Positions 52,398-64,000 of a DNA stretch of 64,000 nt are shown here, in pieces. Each line of letters begins with the position of its first letter. The first letter of the stretch is position 1. The DNA comes from Phoronis australis (lineage: Eukaryota > Animalia > Phoronida), in the NCBI GenBank assembly GCA_002633005.1, contig NMRA01000371.1, positions 382,011 through 446,010 on the forward strand. Reading direction: 5' to 3'. Below the pieces are notes generated by a model. The model was not told the origin of the DNA. It made no database searches and saw only the letters and a list, made by a program, of their open reading frames with translations. Both the position numbers and the translations under genes were made by a program.

Positions 52398-55125
52398 GCT
52401 GATCTTTTTCTCGTCCATGTTGTATCGTGAGCGCACACTCGGACTGAGAGGGGTGTGCATTACTGGCAAATGAATTGATCCAGAGATGGAATCTGCCCGA
52501 GCGCCCGTCATGACGGAATTCACATTGGTGAGTCCGAGCAAGCACCTGAGGCCAAAGAAGGTGTAAATGAGTGTCTCCTTGAAGACTGTTGTATCTCCAT
52601 CCATTTGGACGACATTGAAGTTATTGTGGGTCAACTTGGCCTTGATCTCGGAGAAAAGAAACTTGTTGAGCGCTCCTCCCCCAGTGATGAGGACACTCTT
52701 CTTGGGCTGCTCGGAGATGGAGTGACGTCGCACAATGGGGCGCAGGAAGGTGCTGTTATACCTGACACATGCTTGCAAGCAGGTCTCCGCAATCACCTCG
52801 ACAACAGTGCGAAGTAGGTCAGACACGGTACATTTCTGCAAGCATTGTAAATACCTAACATTAGCATTAGCTTGCTGTAATCTCACTATCACCAGGAAGA
52901 GATAACCATATCTCTTCCTGCTATCACTTATGTATAATTTAAGACTTAAACTGAAAGTAAACTTACACAATGTATGGAAATACAACATTCCTGAGAGGAG
53001 TGTTCTGTAATACAATTTATAGCCTTCACACTGCACTATGTTTACGTTTTATATTTTGCTCATATTTCATTCCACAGCAAATTTTATGGAAACACTAAAT
53101 GGCATACTGCAATCACAGTGTGAGAGAACAGCCATTATGATCTAATGAAGACTTTACAGTGACATTAAGGTGTGTGTATGCATAACTAATTAAGTAAACA
53201 AGGTGAGAAAATTACAGTACTGTGATATTTAGGGAACAAGTGTTGCTATATGTTAAGCCTGCGCAGTGCATGTTCAAGACAATTAATAAAGATCAGGAAA
53301 TAACATACAATCATGAGTAAACACAAGGCACAAAATGTCACTGATTTGAAATTAATAACACTACATTGGCATGATTTAGTTGTGAAGCTGAATTCATTAG
53401 AGGACAATAAGTAATGTATAACAGTCAACCTGAAAAAAGCATCTTCACGTTTTGTCGCTTTTTCTACCTTCCATTATGCAAATATTCAACATTGTGAGGG
53501 CTCAGATTTTGTTGGGCGACCTGGTAAAAATCTCAGGTGGCCATGAAGTCACCGTATGCACTCAAAATACTACAGGAAGTAAACAGACAGAAGTCAAGAT
53601 TGTTCAGCAAAAATGAGAAGGCCCACTTATGAGTCATGCAGTGGTAACGTGTGTTGATCATCTGGTTTTTCCTCAGGCGTGAGACTACGTGTAATATTGG
53701 GCCTGAGAGGGTGGGTAAATGGTCGTTCAAGCACATAAGACACTCCTAACTTTCCATTCTACTGAAGAGAAAAACAGTGACCGGGCCATCTCGGTGCACC
53801 AGGCCATCTCGGGTGCTCCAGGGAATCTCGGGTGCACCGGGCAGACATTTGCCAAGTTTTCGGTCTTTCACTTTACGCATCCTATTTTCAGCTCTTAACA
53901 ACTACGTGGCCATTACAGGGGCCACGACTTTTGCTACTAACCGCGTGCGATTTCCCTGTATTTGAGACTTAGGGCGTCAAAACCCTGATCAACAATGAAA
54001 GTAAATGACAGCAGCATCAATCAGTACACAAACCACAATGCAAACATGACAGAATCTATGCTACAATCACTTACAATTGACATACACCTTCAGTTTGGTT
54101 GATAACGATTCATATCATGTCGATGATAAATGATCACCAGTCTGATATCAATCTGATCACTCATGGAAAAATTCTTTTGACTATACATCATTGCTCAGGA
54201 ACAAGAAATTGTAAATTATCAAGATCTATGATAAACCTCCGACATAAAATATTAAATCATCCATTAACATGAATGACTCGCATCATACAATACCATTCAT
54301 ACAAATTCACAGATATGGTTGACAGACGAAATCATATGATCAATCAAAATTGCCTGGCATGTAGATATTACTTACTTGTGAATTCAACAGGGGGAGAAAG
54401 TTGCTATCATACCACTCGCGGCTCATGGACTTGGGGGGTGGCTCGTGAAAGTAAGGCAGCTCCTTCAGGGTGTTCAACAACTCCGGCATCATTTTCCCAC
54501 CTGCTGCGATGGTCCCGTCACGGTCCATCCTCGATCCATTGTGGCGATGGGCCAACTCGTTCAGTACCATATTGCAGGGTCCAACGTCGAAGGACTTACC
54601 TCCAGAAGACACAGTGGAGACACCACCTAGGTTAAGACAAGCATCATAGGCACTGAACAATATGCTCTCACCAATGGTCACCAGTGGCGCCCCCTGTCCA
54701 CCTAGGGCAACATCTTTGTTGTGGAAGTTAGCCACCAGAGGGCACCGCAAGTAGGTAACAACAGTCTCAGCATCGCCAAGCTGAAATGTAAACCCGTTTT
54801 CAGGCTGGTGGAAGATAGTGTGGCCATGAGAAGCGACAAAGTCCAGCCGAAGATCTTCATCTCCATCCCCTTTGACAAATTCTTTGACGACTTTGCCTAA
54901 ATAGTGACCATATTGCGCGTGTAACTTCAACAAGTCTTGTCCGGAGAGTTTATGAGCATTCTCAATTTGCTGCAGCATAGCCTCAGTGTATTCGTGCACC
55001 TCTGTCTTGATGATACGATAACTCCACACATCCGTCGAGATGTCGCCCATGAACTCTGCATAGCAGATGTGAAGCCCATCCTTAGAAGGACCAGACAGCA
55101 GACCAATGCCATAATACGATGCCAT
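52371..55125 (-). CDS. anmK: Anhydro-N-acetylmuramic acid kinase (AnmK)-like protein, 2 coding exons, 404 aa
   Basis: Exons 55125-54376 and 52835-52371 are joined by a phase-0 intron (CAA|GTAAGT...TTGCAG|AAA). Family motifs: IGLLSGPSKDG, ASHGHTIFHQP, DVALGGQGAPLV, LNLGG, FDVGPCN, D.DG..AAGG, PPKSMSREW, DLLRT, ITGGGALN, KETLIY, SVMTGA. An acceptor at 55171 implies an upstream non-coding exon. Confidence 0.92.
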
Positions 55126-55325
55126 CTTTTTGTTCCACAGCAATCAATCAGTTGCTTCTACCAAACCATGCCTAGAAACACAAAAGAACAGGTCAACAAA
55201 GACTACAGTTCAGAGCAGTTCATTATATCTCAGAGCAGTAGTATGACTTGCTTAAGTATCATTATGAGACCTTGAAAAGACAGATTGCATGACAAGGTCA
55301 TCAAATTGTTGCACTATTTGACCAG

Positions 55326-55487
55326 ACAAAGCAAAGATAATATAAGCACGGATGGCTTGGAGGAAAACAAGAACAGTATTGGTAGTGTGTCTAAAGACAG
55401 ATTACAAAGCAAAGACAATCAGGGCATAGATGATTTGGAGAAAAACAAGAACAGTTTTAGTAGTGTGTCTAAACACAGATCACAAAG
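55326..55487. repeat. 78-bp x2 diverged tandem duplication
   Basis: acaaagcaaaga...ttggag.aaaacaagaacagt.tt.gtagtgtgtctaaa.acagat occurs twice. Confidence 0.8.
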
Positions 55488-55989
55488 AAACTCTCGTGAA
55501 CAGTTACATATTATACAAGGTGGATATCTTTATTTGGCAACTGCATGAAATTCTTTTACCTGCTGAAACATGATAAGTAGTCATAGGAGGGGGAATCGTG
55601 TGCTTACTTCACCATTACTTTACTTATTGTGCCGGTGGGAGGTCAGAATACCCATCTATCAAAAAGTCAACATAATACGAAGCGACACCTTTAGAGAATT
55701 ATGAACGAATAAAAGGGACCCATATGCAACAAAAATCTATGATAAAATCTGTTTTTCTAGCAAGTTTTCCCATATGTTTTTTTTAAATGTGCACATCAAA
55801 TTTCTTATTTCTCAGATTACAAGAGCATTGAAATGTGTCTACGACCGCAAAGAAACTGGTGTGCTTCTAATGGCATTCTTTTAGTAATCATAACAAATTG
55901 GAAAGATGTTGTCATCTTCATAATAGAAACTAGTTTCCAATTTTCATTGAAAACGTCCAGAAGATATAGTGGCAAAGGTAAAAAAATAA

Positions 55990-56970
55990 AAGTGTTACTG
56001 GGGGAGGGGGGGCATAGCAATAGTCAGTGCCATCCAGAAAGTCATCGGCACCCCCTGCCACATCAATGCAAAAGTTCACAAACATCATGCAAAGGAATCA
56101 GGAGCTGCAGCCATGGTCAAAAAAAAACAAACAAAATCACCACAAGGAGACGCCACAGGTGTCAGATCCATCCAAAAGTCAATGTCAGTCACAGTCTTCT
56201 CATGAGGAACACAGTCAACTGTTATGATTCATGTTTTGCAGATAAAGAGACATACGGTAAAAAACAAACTCAAGAACATAAAAATGGCCACTAGGTGGCA
56301 CAATCAACGTTAAATCTGTACAAAAATGAAAAGGCATAGCTGTCGTTTTATTAGAAACTTATTTGCCAAATTTCGGAAAAATATATCAATGAACTCCAAA
56401 GATACAGAGACAAATATAAAAAATTAAACTGCCACTAGGGAGCACACCTGAAGTCAGATTGGTCTAAAACTCATCGTCATTCATAATCATCTCCATAGAA
56501 ACATACCAATCATATTTCACAAAGACCTTCCAAAGAGTTAAGAAGATGATACAGTTGTGGATGTAATAACACAAAACAAAATAGGGGTCGCCATAGTAAC
56601 TGAAGCCGTTCCAAAATCAGTGTCACTCAGTTGCGGTCTTCTCAACAGGAAAACATCTGCCAATTTTATATGGATCCTTTAAACGCTTGACCAGACAGAA
56701 AGGCAGGCGTCAAAAATGTACTCAAAACTTTTTAAATTGCCACCAGGTGGCACGGAAAAACATCAAATCTGTCCGAAAATGAAAAGTTGTAATCTTCTCT
56801 TAGAGAAACTCGTATGCTACATTTCATGAAAATCCATTAAGGAACTCCGAAGGTACAGAGGAAAATTTATGTAAAAAGCTAAATTTGCCACTAGGGGGCA
56901 GAGTGGTAGTCAAATCGGTCCAAAACTCAAAGTCATCTGTCTTCAGCTTCATAGGAACAAACACATCAGT
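55990..56970 (+). repeat. Degenerate ~150-bp periodic repeat carrying CTCF-like motifs
   Basis: CCACTAGGTGGCAC at 56288, CCACTAGGGAGCAC at 56432, CCACCAGGTGGCAC at 56740 and CCACTAGGGGGCAG at 56888. Each is followed by similar tca.at..gt..aaaa and aaatttc..aaaa text. Confidence 0.6.
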
Positions 56971-57050
56971 TGAATCTCATTATGCATGCTGTGCACGCCA
57001 GACACCCGATGTCTAGACAGAGATGACAGCAATATACACCTACATATTAA

Positions 57051-58518
57051 AGGCGAAGGCAACCTTTCTTCATGTCATTTTCAACAAAAATAAGGTTCGT
57101 TGATTATCCTAGACATGTTTTTCACTCAATTACAGCTTTTCGTAATTTAATTAATTGCACTGCCTTTACTCCGGAAGTGACGTTTTGGGAGGCAAGAACT
57201 TCGCGCCAATTTCTTTTCATTTGGTCTGACTGTGAGAGCTGAAGAGTCAGTCATTGGTCTACCTTAGTTGTGATGTGTTCGGTCGTTGTTTGTTTTTGTT
57301 TACCAGTCATTCAACATGCCACATTGTTGCTGCGTACCCGGATGTACTCATTATCGTCTCCCGCGCACTTTGGGAATACCCCGCTTTGCATCGCTTTCCG
57401 AAGAATGGCACACTTCGCCGTCAGTACTTGGCCCGTACGGGTAACGTTCGAAGCTGTGGAGGGTTACAGAGTGTGTGGCAACCATTTTCTGTCGTCAGAT
57501 TATGAGAGAGATATGTAGGCTGAATTGATGAAGGTACCTGCGAAACAACACCTGAAGAAGGGTGCTATACCGTCGCTGTTAATTCCTGGCAGTGCTCCGT
57601 CGCCACCCCCGAGAAGTGCACTTTTCAAGCGAGAAGCCTCGCGAGCTGTGGCTACTACTGTGGCTGGAGGTACTTCATCTACTGTTATCCATGCCTCTGA
57701 ACGTACCCCAGAGCATGCAATTCCGGGACTAGCAGTGAATCGCCCTGTGCTGTTGTCTCTAGCCCAGAGCCTGTAAGCAGCCCTGCAGCGATATTGAGTA
57801 GTGGGAGTGAATAGAGGCCCACTTCGATACCCAGTAAAGAGGACAGTTGGTCGTCCAGTGAACAGATCGGTGAGTCAAACTTTGATAAGTTTATTGTGGA
57901 CTTTTCTCAGGTTTTGGAGCTATCTAGAAGGTGCGATGTGTGTGGCGAGAGAGTCACACGGCGGGATGTAAGCAGTTTGGGTGCTCAGTGGAAGTGTGTC
58001 GCGGGACACTCAGGCAAGTGGGACAGTTGTGCCTGTGCGTACTCGCGCCTCATTATACACAGGCTCAAACATATACCCACCCACTGACTGTCCGTGAAAA
58101 AATTCCTTGTCACCACTGCTACGAACAATGTCTCCGTTACTCACGTCACTTCTGTCACTGTGATATGGGTCACCAACTCCAGCCCGTCAGATTAACACAA
58201 ACTAAACAATCCCTAAATCCAACGTAATTGACTACTCTAACAACCTAGCTTGTCGTAAAATACTCGTCGATGGGAAGTGGTGACGACAATTTAAAAAAAA
58301 AACGCACGAAAACAAAAGTAGAACAGATCCTCACCGCAAATTCAACGCAGAACCAAATTCGGGCGAAAAATTCTTGCCTCCCAAAACGTCACTTCCGGAG
58401 TAGAGGACGGGTAATTAATTAAATTATGAAAAGCTGTAATTTAGTGAAAAGTATGTCTGGGATAATCAACGAACCTAGTTTTTGCTCAAAATGACATGAA
58501 AAAAGGACGCCTTCGCCT
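57051..58518 (+). mobile_element. Kolobok-type DNA transposon, internally deleted, with decayed THAP transposase N-terminus
   Basis: TTAA TSD at 57047-57050 and 58519-58522, and about 160-bp TIRs starting aggcgaaggc and containing tactccggaagtgacgttttgggaggcaagaa. From 57316: MPHCCCVPGC / LHRFPKNGTLRRQY / RVCGNHFLSSDYERDM*AELM...LKKGAIPSL (C2CH THAP), then FIVDFSQVLELSRRCDVCG...WKCVAGHSGKWDS. Frameshifts and a stop are present, and no DDE core is seen. Confidence 0.85.
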
Positions 58519-58814
58519 TTAATATCTGGATGCATAAACATTAACTACATATCAAACATTTGGACTATAGCTATTTTTAACTAACAGATCTAAATAAAAT
58601 AAAACTCACTTAATATATAGTTTTCTTTCAAAATGTGTCCTTTTACAGAGTTTCTGACACATAATCTGAACCCCTTTGTCCAAATAGGAATAGCACTCCC
58701 GAGTGCCATCCACACTCGTGTTTACCCCAGAAAAACCTACTCCTGGAACCAGTTATTGCCAAGTTTGGAAGGTGTCTGGACTCTATTTAAACTAGTGTAA
58801 CTTGCACCACGTGT

Positions 58815-59088
58815 GATGACTTACTCCACCTTATCAAGGTAGAATAACTGGTTCTAAGATGACTTACTCCACCTTATCAAGGTAGAATAACTGGTTCTAA
58901 GATAACTTACTCCACCATATCAAGGTAGAATAACTGGTTCTAAGATAACTTACTCCACCATATCAAGGTAGAATAACTGGTTCTAAGATAACTTACTCCA
59001 CCTTATCAAGGTAGAATAACTGGTTCTAAGATAACTTACTCCACCTTATCAAGGTAGAATAACTGGTTCTAAGATAACTTATTCCACT
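58815..59088. repeat. 43-bp minisatellite
   Basis: About 6.4 copies of gataacttactccaccttatcaaggtagaataactggttctaa. Confidence 0.95.
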
Positions 59089-60556
59089 TCTACTCGCTAT
59101 GTGGTCGCACACTCAGGGCAAGGTGGAAATGATTATCTGCTGTGGTTATATTCAGGCAGGTCTTCTTTTGCACCACGTATTTGCATCACCTGTCCATTGT
59201 CATGCACAGAGTGACAACTTCTACCTTACCCTAGATATCAGATGTGTGTGCGTGTGTATGTGCGTGAGTGTGTGCTTGTGTGCATGTGGACGCTCCACTT
59301 AAAGTGGGGCAAGTTCAGTTGTACTAGTGTAAGTTCTAGGGTAAGTCTGTGCGTGGACGGAACTTTGGGTTGGGCCATCAAAATATATTTAGTATAACAG
59401 CTTTATACCAAGGCTAGCCAGCTTCCCGCAATACATGCTAAGAAATATATGATGACACTAATTATGGTAATTATGTTACACACCCAACAGAATCGAAGAA
59501 AACTTAATTATTGAAACATTAAACAAACGTTTTTGGTTGTAAAAGTTGCATTTCTCCAATTTTCAAAATTACAAAACGTGTGCTTTTCACAAACTATTCA
59601 AATATGCTATTTCCAAAATTTCAAAACAGAAATTTTAAAATACTCTATATTGTTGCCGCCCCCCCCCCCATGTGTTTATGATATGGTCTCGTTATCGAGA
59701 AAATAATAACACCAGCCTGTGACGATTTGAATAACCACAACACAATGGTGCCTTTGATCTAAAGCGGCAAATTCTGTGGTGCACAAACTGGTATAGTTGC
59801 CCAATCTCGACTATAGTATAGGGCCTCGACATAGGATTCTTTTCACGAACCGTTGATTGGCAATTAAGTTATGGATGAGGATTCTAGCTCTATCTCTCTA
59901 GTAACACTTCATACTCAAAGTCAAGTGGCGCATGTTACCAAATTAAATGTGCAATGGTGAGATATGTGTATGTACAATTGCAGTGTGAGGGTGCAGTGCA
60001 ATGTGCATGAAATGCTATGATGACTATAACAGACTCTCTGGAAGTGATCCTGGGCAGGTAAGTTGTTCCAGACTCCGACAGACTAAACATAAATCTGAGT
60101 TCCAGAAGACTGTTATAGAGGGGAAGAAGGAGTTCTGTGTACATGCAGTGCGACACTAACTTGTCATGAACTCATAGCCTGACATGGTATGTAGTATGCG
60201 CACAGACTCACAAACAATGCAGTTCACGCTTGTTTAGACGAATCTCAAGATTTCGACTAATAGCTTGAAAGTTTATGAGTGCTACGATAATCGTGGCGAC
60301 GTGATCATGCATGATAAACCAATAGAGTGTAGACTACCGACCGTTGTTCAATTTTCGCTTTTGAAATATCACGGGAATTTGTTGCAACTTCCATGCGTGC
60401 AAACTTTTCAACAAATCGACCATTTTGTGAATAGTGCATGAATGACTTGACATTGTCAAAGTTTGAATACTCGACAAAATGCGAGAAGATTGAAAATCCC
60501 ATGTTCTCAGTAAGCAGAAATTACGAAAGTAAGCATTCATCATCAATAAAAAATAC

Positions 60557-60654
60557 CTAACATCCTTTCTCCAACAACGACGTTCGCAATATCATCCTTT
60601 GACACGCACGCCGCTTGACCCATTTCCAGGCTTCAGTGACCTTGAAATTTTATA
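60557..60654 (-). promoter_or_regulatory. Candidate TATA promoter and first non-coding exon of the AnmK-like gene
   Basis: Minus-strand TATAAAA at 60654-60648 in a locally GC/CpG-richer patch, followed about 90 nt later by a donor TAG|GTATTT at 60557. The link to the gene is inferred. Confidence 0.4.
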
Positions 60655-61245
60655 GCGCCATCTGTGAGTTGCGGTGAGGCATCCCAGTTGCCGTCCCGGG
60701 GGGTCCCAGGCCACTCCACGTTGGCGACATATACCGGTGCAACTTGGGAGTAACATAGTCCTAGCGTGCAACACAGGTAAAACGTGTGAAATGGATGTTC
60801 TCTTTTACATCTTATGAAAAATTCATTGTTGCGAACTCTATAAAGGGTCCATTGTCCACCAGTCTTAGATTTGTTACACTACAGGCGGGCCCGCAGCCAG
60901 GGGGTACGGGGAGTTCGATCCAGGGATCGAACCCCGCAGAAAAGGTCCAACCCCAGCCTATCCGTTAAAAATAGGATATAGATGGGCAACAACATCAAAA
61001 TTGCTACAGTTACTGGTACTCATAACAATGCCGACAATTGATAATTTTGAAATTTCTCCGATTCAAAGCGCTTCACATAATGATATGACCGGCCAACTTC
61101 GTCCCGTTGCCGGGTGTTTGCGTAGATCATTGACAGCGTAGTGCAGAAGATTAGAGGAGGTTTCATGCTTATCATCGGCGTTGAATGCGCGTGGTGACTT
61201 CATAACCTAGGCCGGTAACAAGGGAGTCAAGTAAACTTTCTATAC

Positions 61246-61410
61246 CAGGGGCGGATCCAAGATATTTAGTTAGGGGAGGGGCCAGGACAGAGTATTAACC
61301 AGGATTTTGCCCGTCAGATATTCACACCCCGAATTGCTAAATGGGATCTGGGAGAGTTTACGGGGGGGGGGCATGACCCCCTTGTTGGCCCCCCTCTAAG
61401 ACCGCTATTG
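61246..61410. repeat. CAGGGGCGGATCCA-type short interspersed element; related copies at about 46754 and 50357-50488
   Basis: Shared cagg(g/t)gcgga(t/c)(c/t)ca start with G-rich and C-rich arms. Confidence 0.5.
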
Positions 61411-64000
61411 TATACCAACTAATTAAAATTTCGAATTGAAAGTGATCGTCAGATATATCGTTCATCCATTGTAGTAAACTTTGATTGTCGATTGTGTGCG
61501 TTTCCATTCTTCTAAGTTCAGTCACTCCTCCGTCGTTGCCGAAACCGGACACCGAGTTTTTTCTTGCACTGAGAAAACCCCGACGAGCATGTTCACATTA
61601 TGGAAAAGTAAGTCTACACCTAATAAAGACTTTGGTCAATGAAGAAAGCATTCTCTTGTCAACCAGTGCCAATTGAACACAGCTTCGATCGCAGACGAGC
61701 AACAAACTTGATGGAAAAGATTTCCAAGGTTATATGTCAGTTTTTCGAAGGTTCACTAGGCCTATTTTAAAGGTCTACTACTCCGAAGGTTCCCTACCTT
61801 CGGTTCAGTAGGGTCCAATTCGAATGTCCACAATTCCGAAACAATTAAGAACTCGGACAATTCATTACTCTGGTTGTCTGCTAATGAATCGGAAGTGACA
61901 TGAATACATGACAGTATTGCATTTGTGTCCATTAGGTAACCATTTAAAGAATGTGCAAACGTGGAATAGTTCTTTAAACTTTGATTACATTGTTTACAAA
62001 TGAATTCAGTTCCAATCACTGCCAATCGTGATTCTTGAATCTAACTAAAAACTCATTCTCAATCAGGGACAACACGTACTATCGAGTTAGCGGTGCGGCG
62101 ACCAACGGCTGTGCTGCTCACTACTTGCACCATCTATAATACTGACCGTAAACAGCTCTTTCGCAACCTGCAATTACATTTATCAAACCGTCAGATAGAA
62201 GGCTGAAATTGTCAGTATCATAGGCTGGTCTGTCGGTGTAAAAAATAAAATGAGCCCGACTGGTTTGAAAATTGATGATCTCATTTAAGAGACAATGACT
62301 AGAAAGTATCCCGTATACCTACCCAAAACAATACCCGAGTGGGCCAAAATATCCACCTGAGCCACTGAATGAGTCGTCTGGGTACATGATCTTTCAGATA
62401 GTTGTGCATTTTTATCTTATCAAAACTTTTGTGTGAGATTTATTATGTTCCCATCAATTACAGAACTTCATGGAAATTCACAATCTACAAAAAAATATTT
62501 GGGTTCCTTTGACCTAAATTCTCTGTTTCTTACTTGTCTATGTTTTAGCAACTCTTCAAGAGTCTCATTTAGTGAGTATTCAGATAAAAAGCCAACACTC
62601 ACTTAATTAACGGTTATCATAAAAAAACAAAACCTGAATTCAAGGGAGAAAACCGCATAAATATTTGTCCAGGACAGGAGTGGTGGGAATAAATCCATAA
62701 ATCATCTGGTTTCACTTTAGACTATGGCATAGAATCATAAGCTGTAATTCTTTTTTTACATAAGATTGGAGTCATGGAACTCGGATGCATGTACTTTTTG
62801 TAAAGAAGATCTTTGTTGACTTCGTTCTCGTATCTTCTTGCATTCGCTCGAATTGTATTTTTGGGGAAAAAATTTGCAGTGCTTAATTTGAGTCTTAGAG
62901 ATATATTTTGTGAAAATTAGCTCATCAGATGTTAATGTCATAATTTGTTTAACAAATTTCTACATATTAAAAGAATAAAAAATTGCGTAATGGTCGTATT
63001 TGCTAGTAATTTCCATGTCATTTCTAAACTGCAAAAATACGTCAAGGCAAAACGTTATTCAGTAATTTTGAAATGATAGTTACATCAAAATTTCTGAACA
63101 AACAGACCCCTGACCATCAGCCAAGGTGGATAAATACGGTCTAGTTCAATTTTCCGTACCCGCCGTTTACCTTAAACACCGGGGTTAGAACCAATTTTAT
63201 TTAGTGGTAATGTTCATAGCATGGCGTGGATTCGGAAGTGCCGTTCCCGTATGGTAATGATGGAATTACTTTCATGTAAGTTTCAAGCACATTTTATAAG
63301 GAGAAAATTTTGCATTTGGACACGAATTTGCACTTCCCAAATTTTACTGGGTTAATTGATTCTCGCAAAAGTTATTAACAGCCTACATTTATTGATTCTA
63401 TTAAGATTCCAATCATCTGTATCATAAACCCCTTTTGCATGCTGCATTGACCGTGTAATGTCGGTGTATGCCACTAGGGGGACATAACTTTCCGATATTC
63501 AAGAATCTTTGAGGGACACTGCAACTTATGGAATTGATCCCATGTATTTTTTTCGTTAATCATTTCTGGGATTTCAGTCAAACTTCCTTCAAAGTTTTGG
63601 GGAAGTCTCAGGATTAAAGTTAAATCTAAACAAGTGTGAAAGTCTGCATATTGACAAAGGATGAGGAATTCAACGGAATTTTGTATACCGTAACTTAAAA
63701 AGAGAAAGCCACGTGGTTTAATTAGTTTTTGCTAACGTCTTAATCAGTCTATATCCATATCACCTCATATATGGTCGATCTCACCTCGCCGAAGGGTGTC
63801 TGTTAACATGTGAGGAAGGTGAGTACATGACACAGCAACATTAGTGGTTCTTCTGCCGAGTGTGCCGCTATGGTGTGGTGTATTGTTCCCATAACGCAAA
63901 ATGTTTGTGATAGAATGATAGAATCTTGGGGGGGGATACAGGAACTATTAACTTAACACACTTTTATCAGTGATTTCAATAGTTTATTACCTGTTCAGGC

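Noticed and set aside
54075-54150. Possible extra small exon inside the AnmK-like intron (GTAAGT-like donor near 54074)
   Set aside because: The direct join PLLNSQ|KCTVSDLLRT already fits the family spacing, and no clear acceptor was found.
52371-55143. AnmK as bacterial contamination or as two separate ORFs
   Set aside because: The halves join in frame through a canonical GT-AG intron, with no gap nearby and no operon context.
55833-56294. 153-aa plus-strand ORF
   Set aside because: No recognisable motifs; it lies within the periodic repeat.
60370-60710. NF-kB-like sites near the candidate AnmK promoter
   Set aside because: Only partial matches (gggaatttg, gggggtccc), as expected by chance.
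63200-63826. Possible first exons of another plus-strand gene (donor-like gtaagt near 63277 and gtgagt near 63819)
   Set aside because: No recognisable coding sequence within the window to support it.

Overview
AT-rich, intron-rich animal genomic DNA, most likely from an invertebrate bilaterian; it is not prokaryotic. Three spliced protein-coding genes can be rebuilt by hand. (1) A TUSC3/MAGT1 (OST3/OST6-family) gene on the minus strand, with 10 exons from 11431 to 583, one U12-type intron, and a last exon that was not found. (2) A divergent anoctamin/TMEM16 gene on the plus strand, head-to-head with it, with about 20 exons from 16211 to 46359 (about 983 aa). It has a pair of homologous, probably mutually exclusive TM10 exons, an unusual TM6 calcium site and alternative C-termini. 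(3) A bacterial-type anhydro-N-acetylmuramic acid kinase (AnmK)-like gene on the minus strand (55125 to 52371, 404 aa). It carries a spliceosomal intron and altered active-site motifs, and is the best candidate for a horizontally acquired, domesticated gene. Two near-identical duplications, each abutting a single N (10.7-13.9 kb and 25.7-34.0 kb), look like both haplotypes assembled in tandem; they expose polymorphic transposon insertions and minisatellite alleles. Mobile DNA includes a decayed Penelope-like RT/GIY-YIG element, a Kolobok-type THAP element, Merlin-, hAT- and Tc1-like MITEs, inverted hammerhead-like motifs and repeats carrying CTCF-like motifs. All calls come from reading the sequence by eye; family assignments and residue numbers are recalled, not searched.
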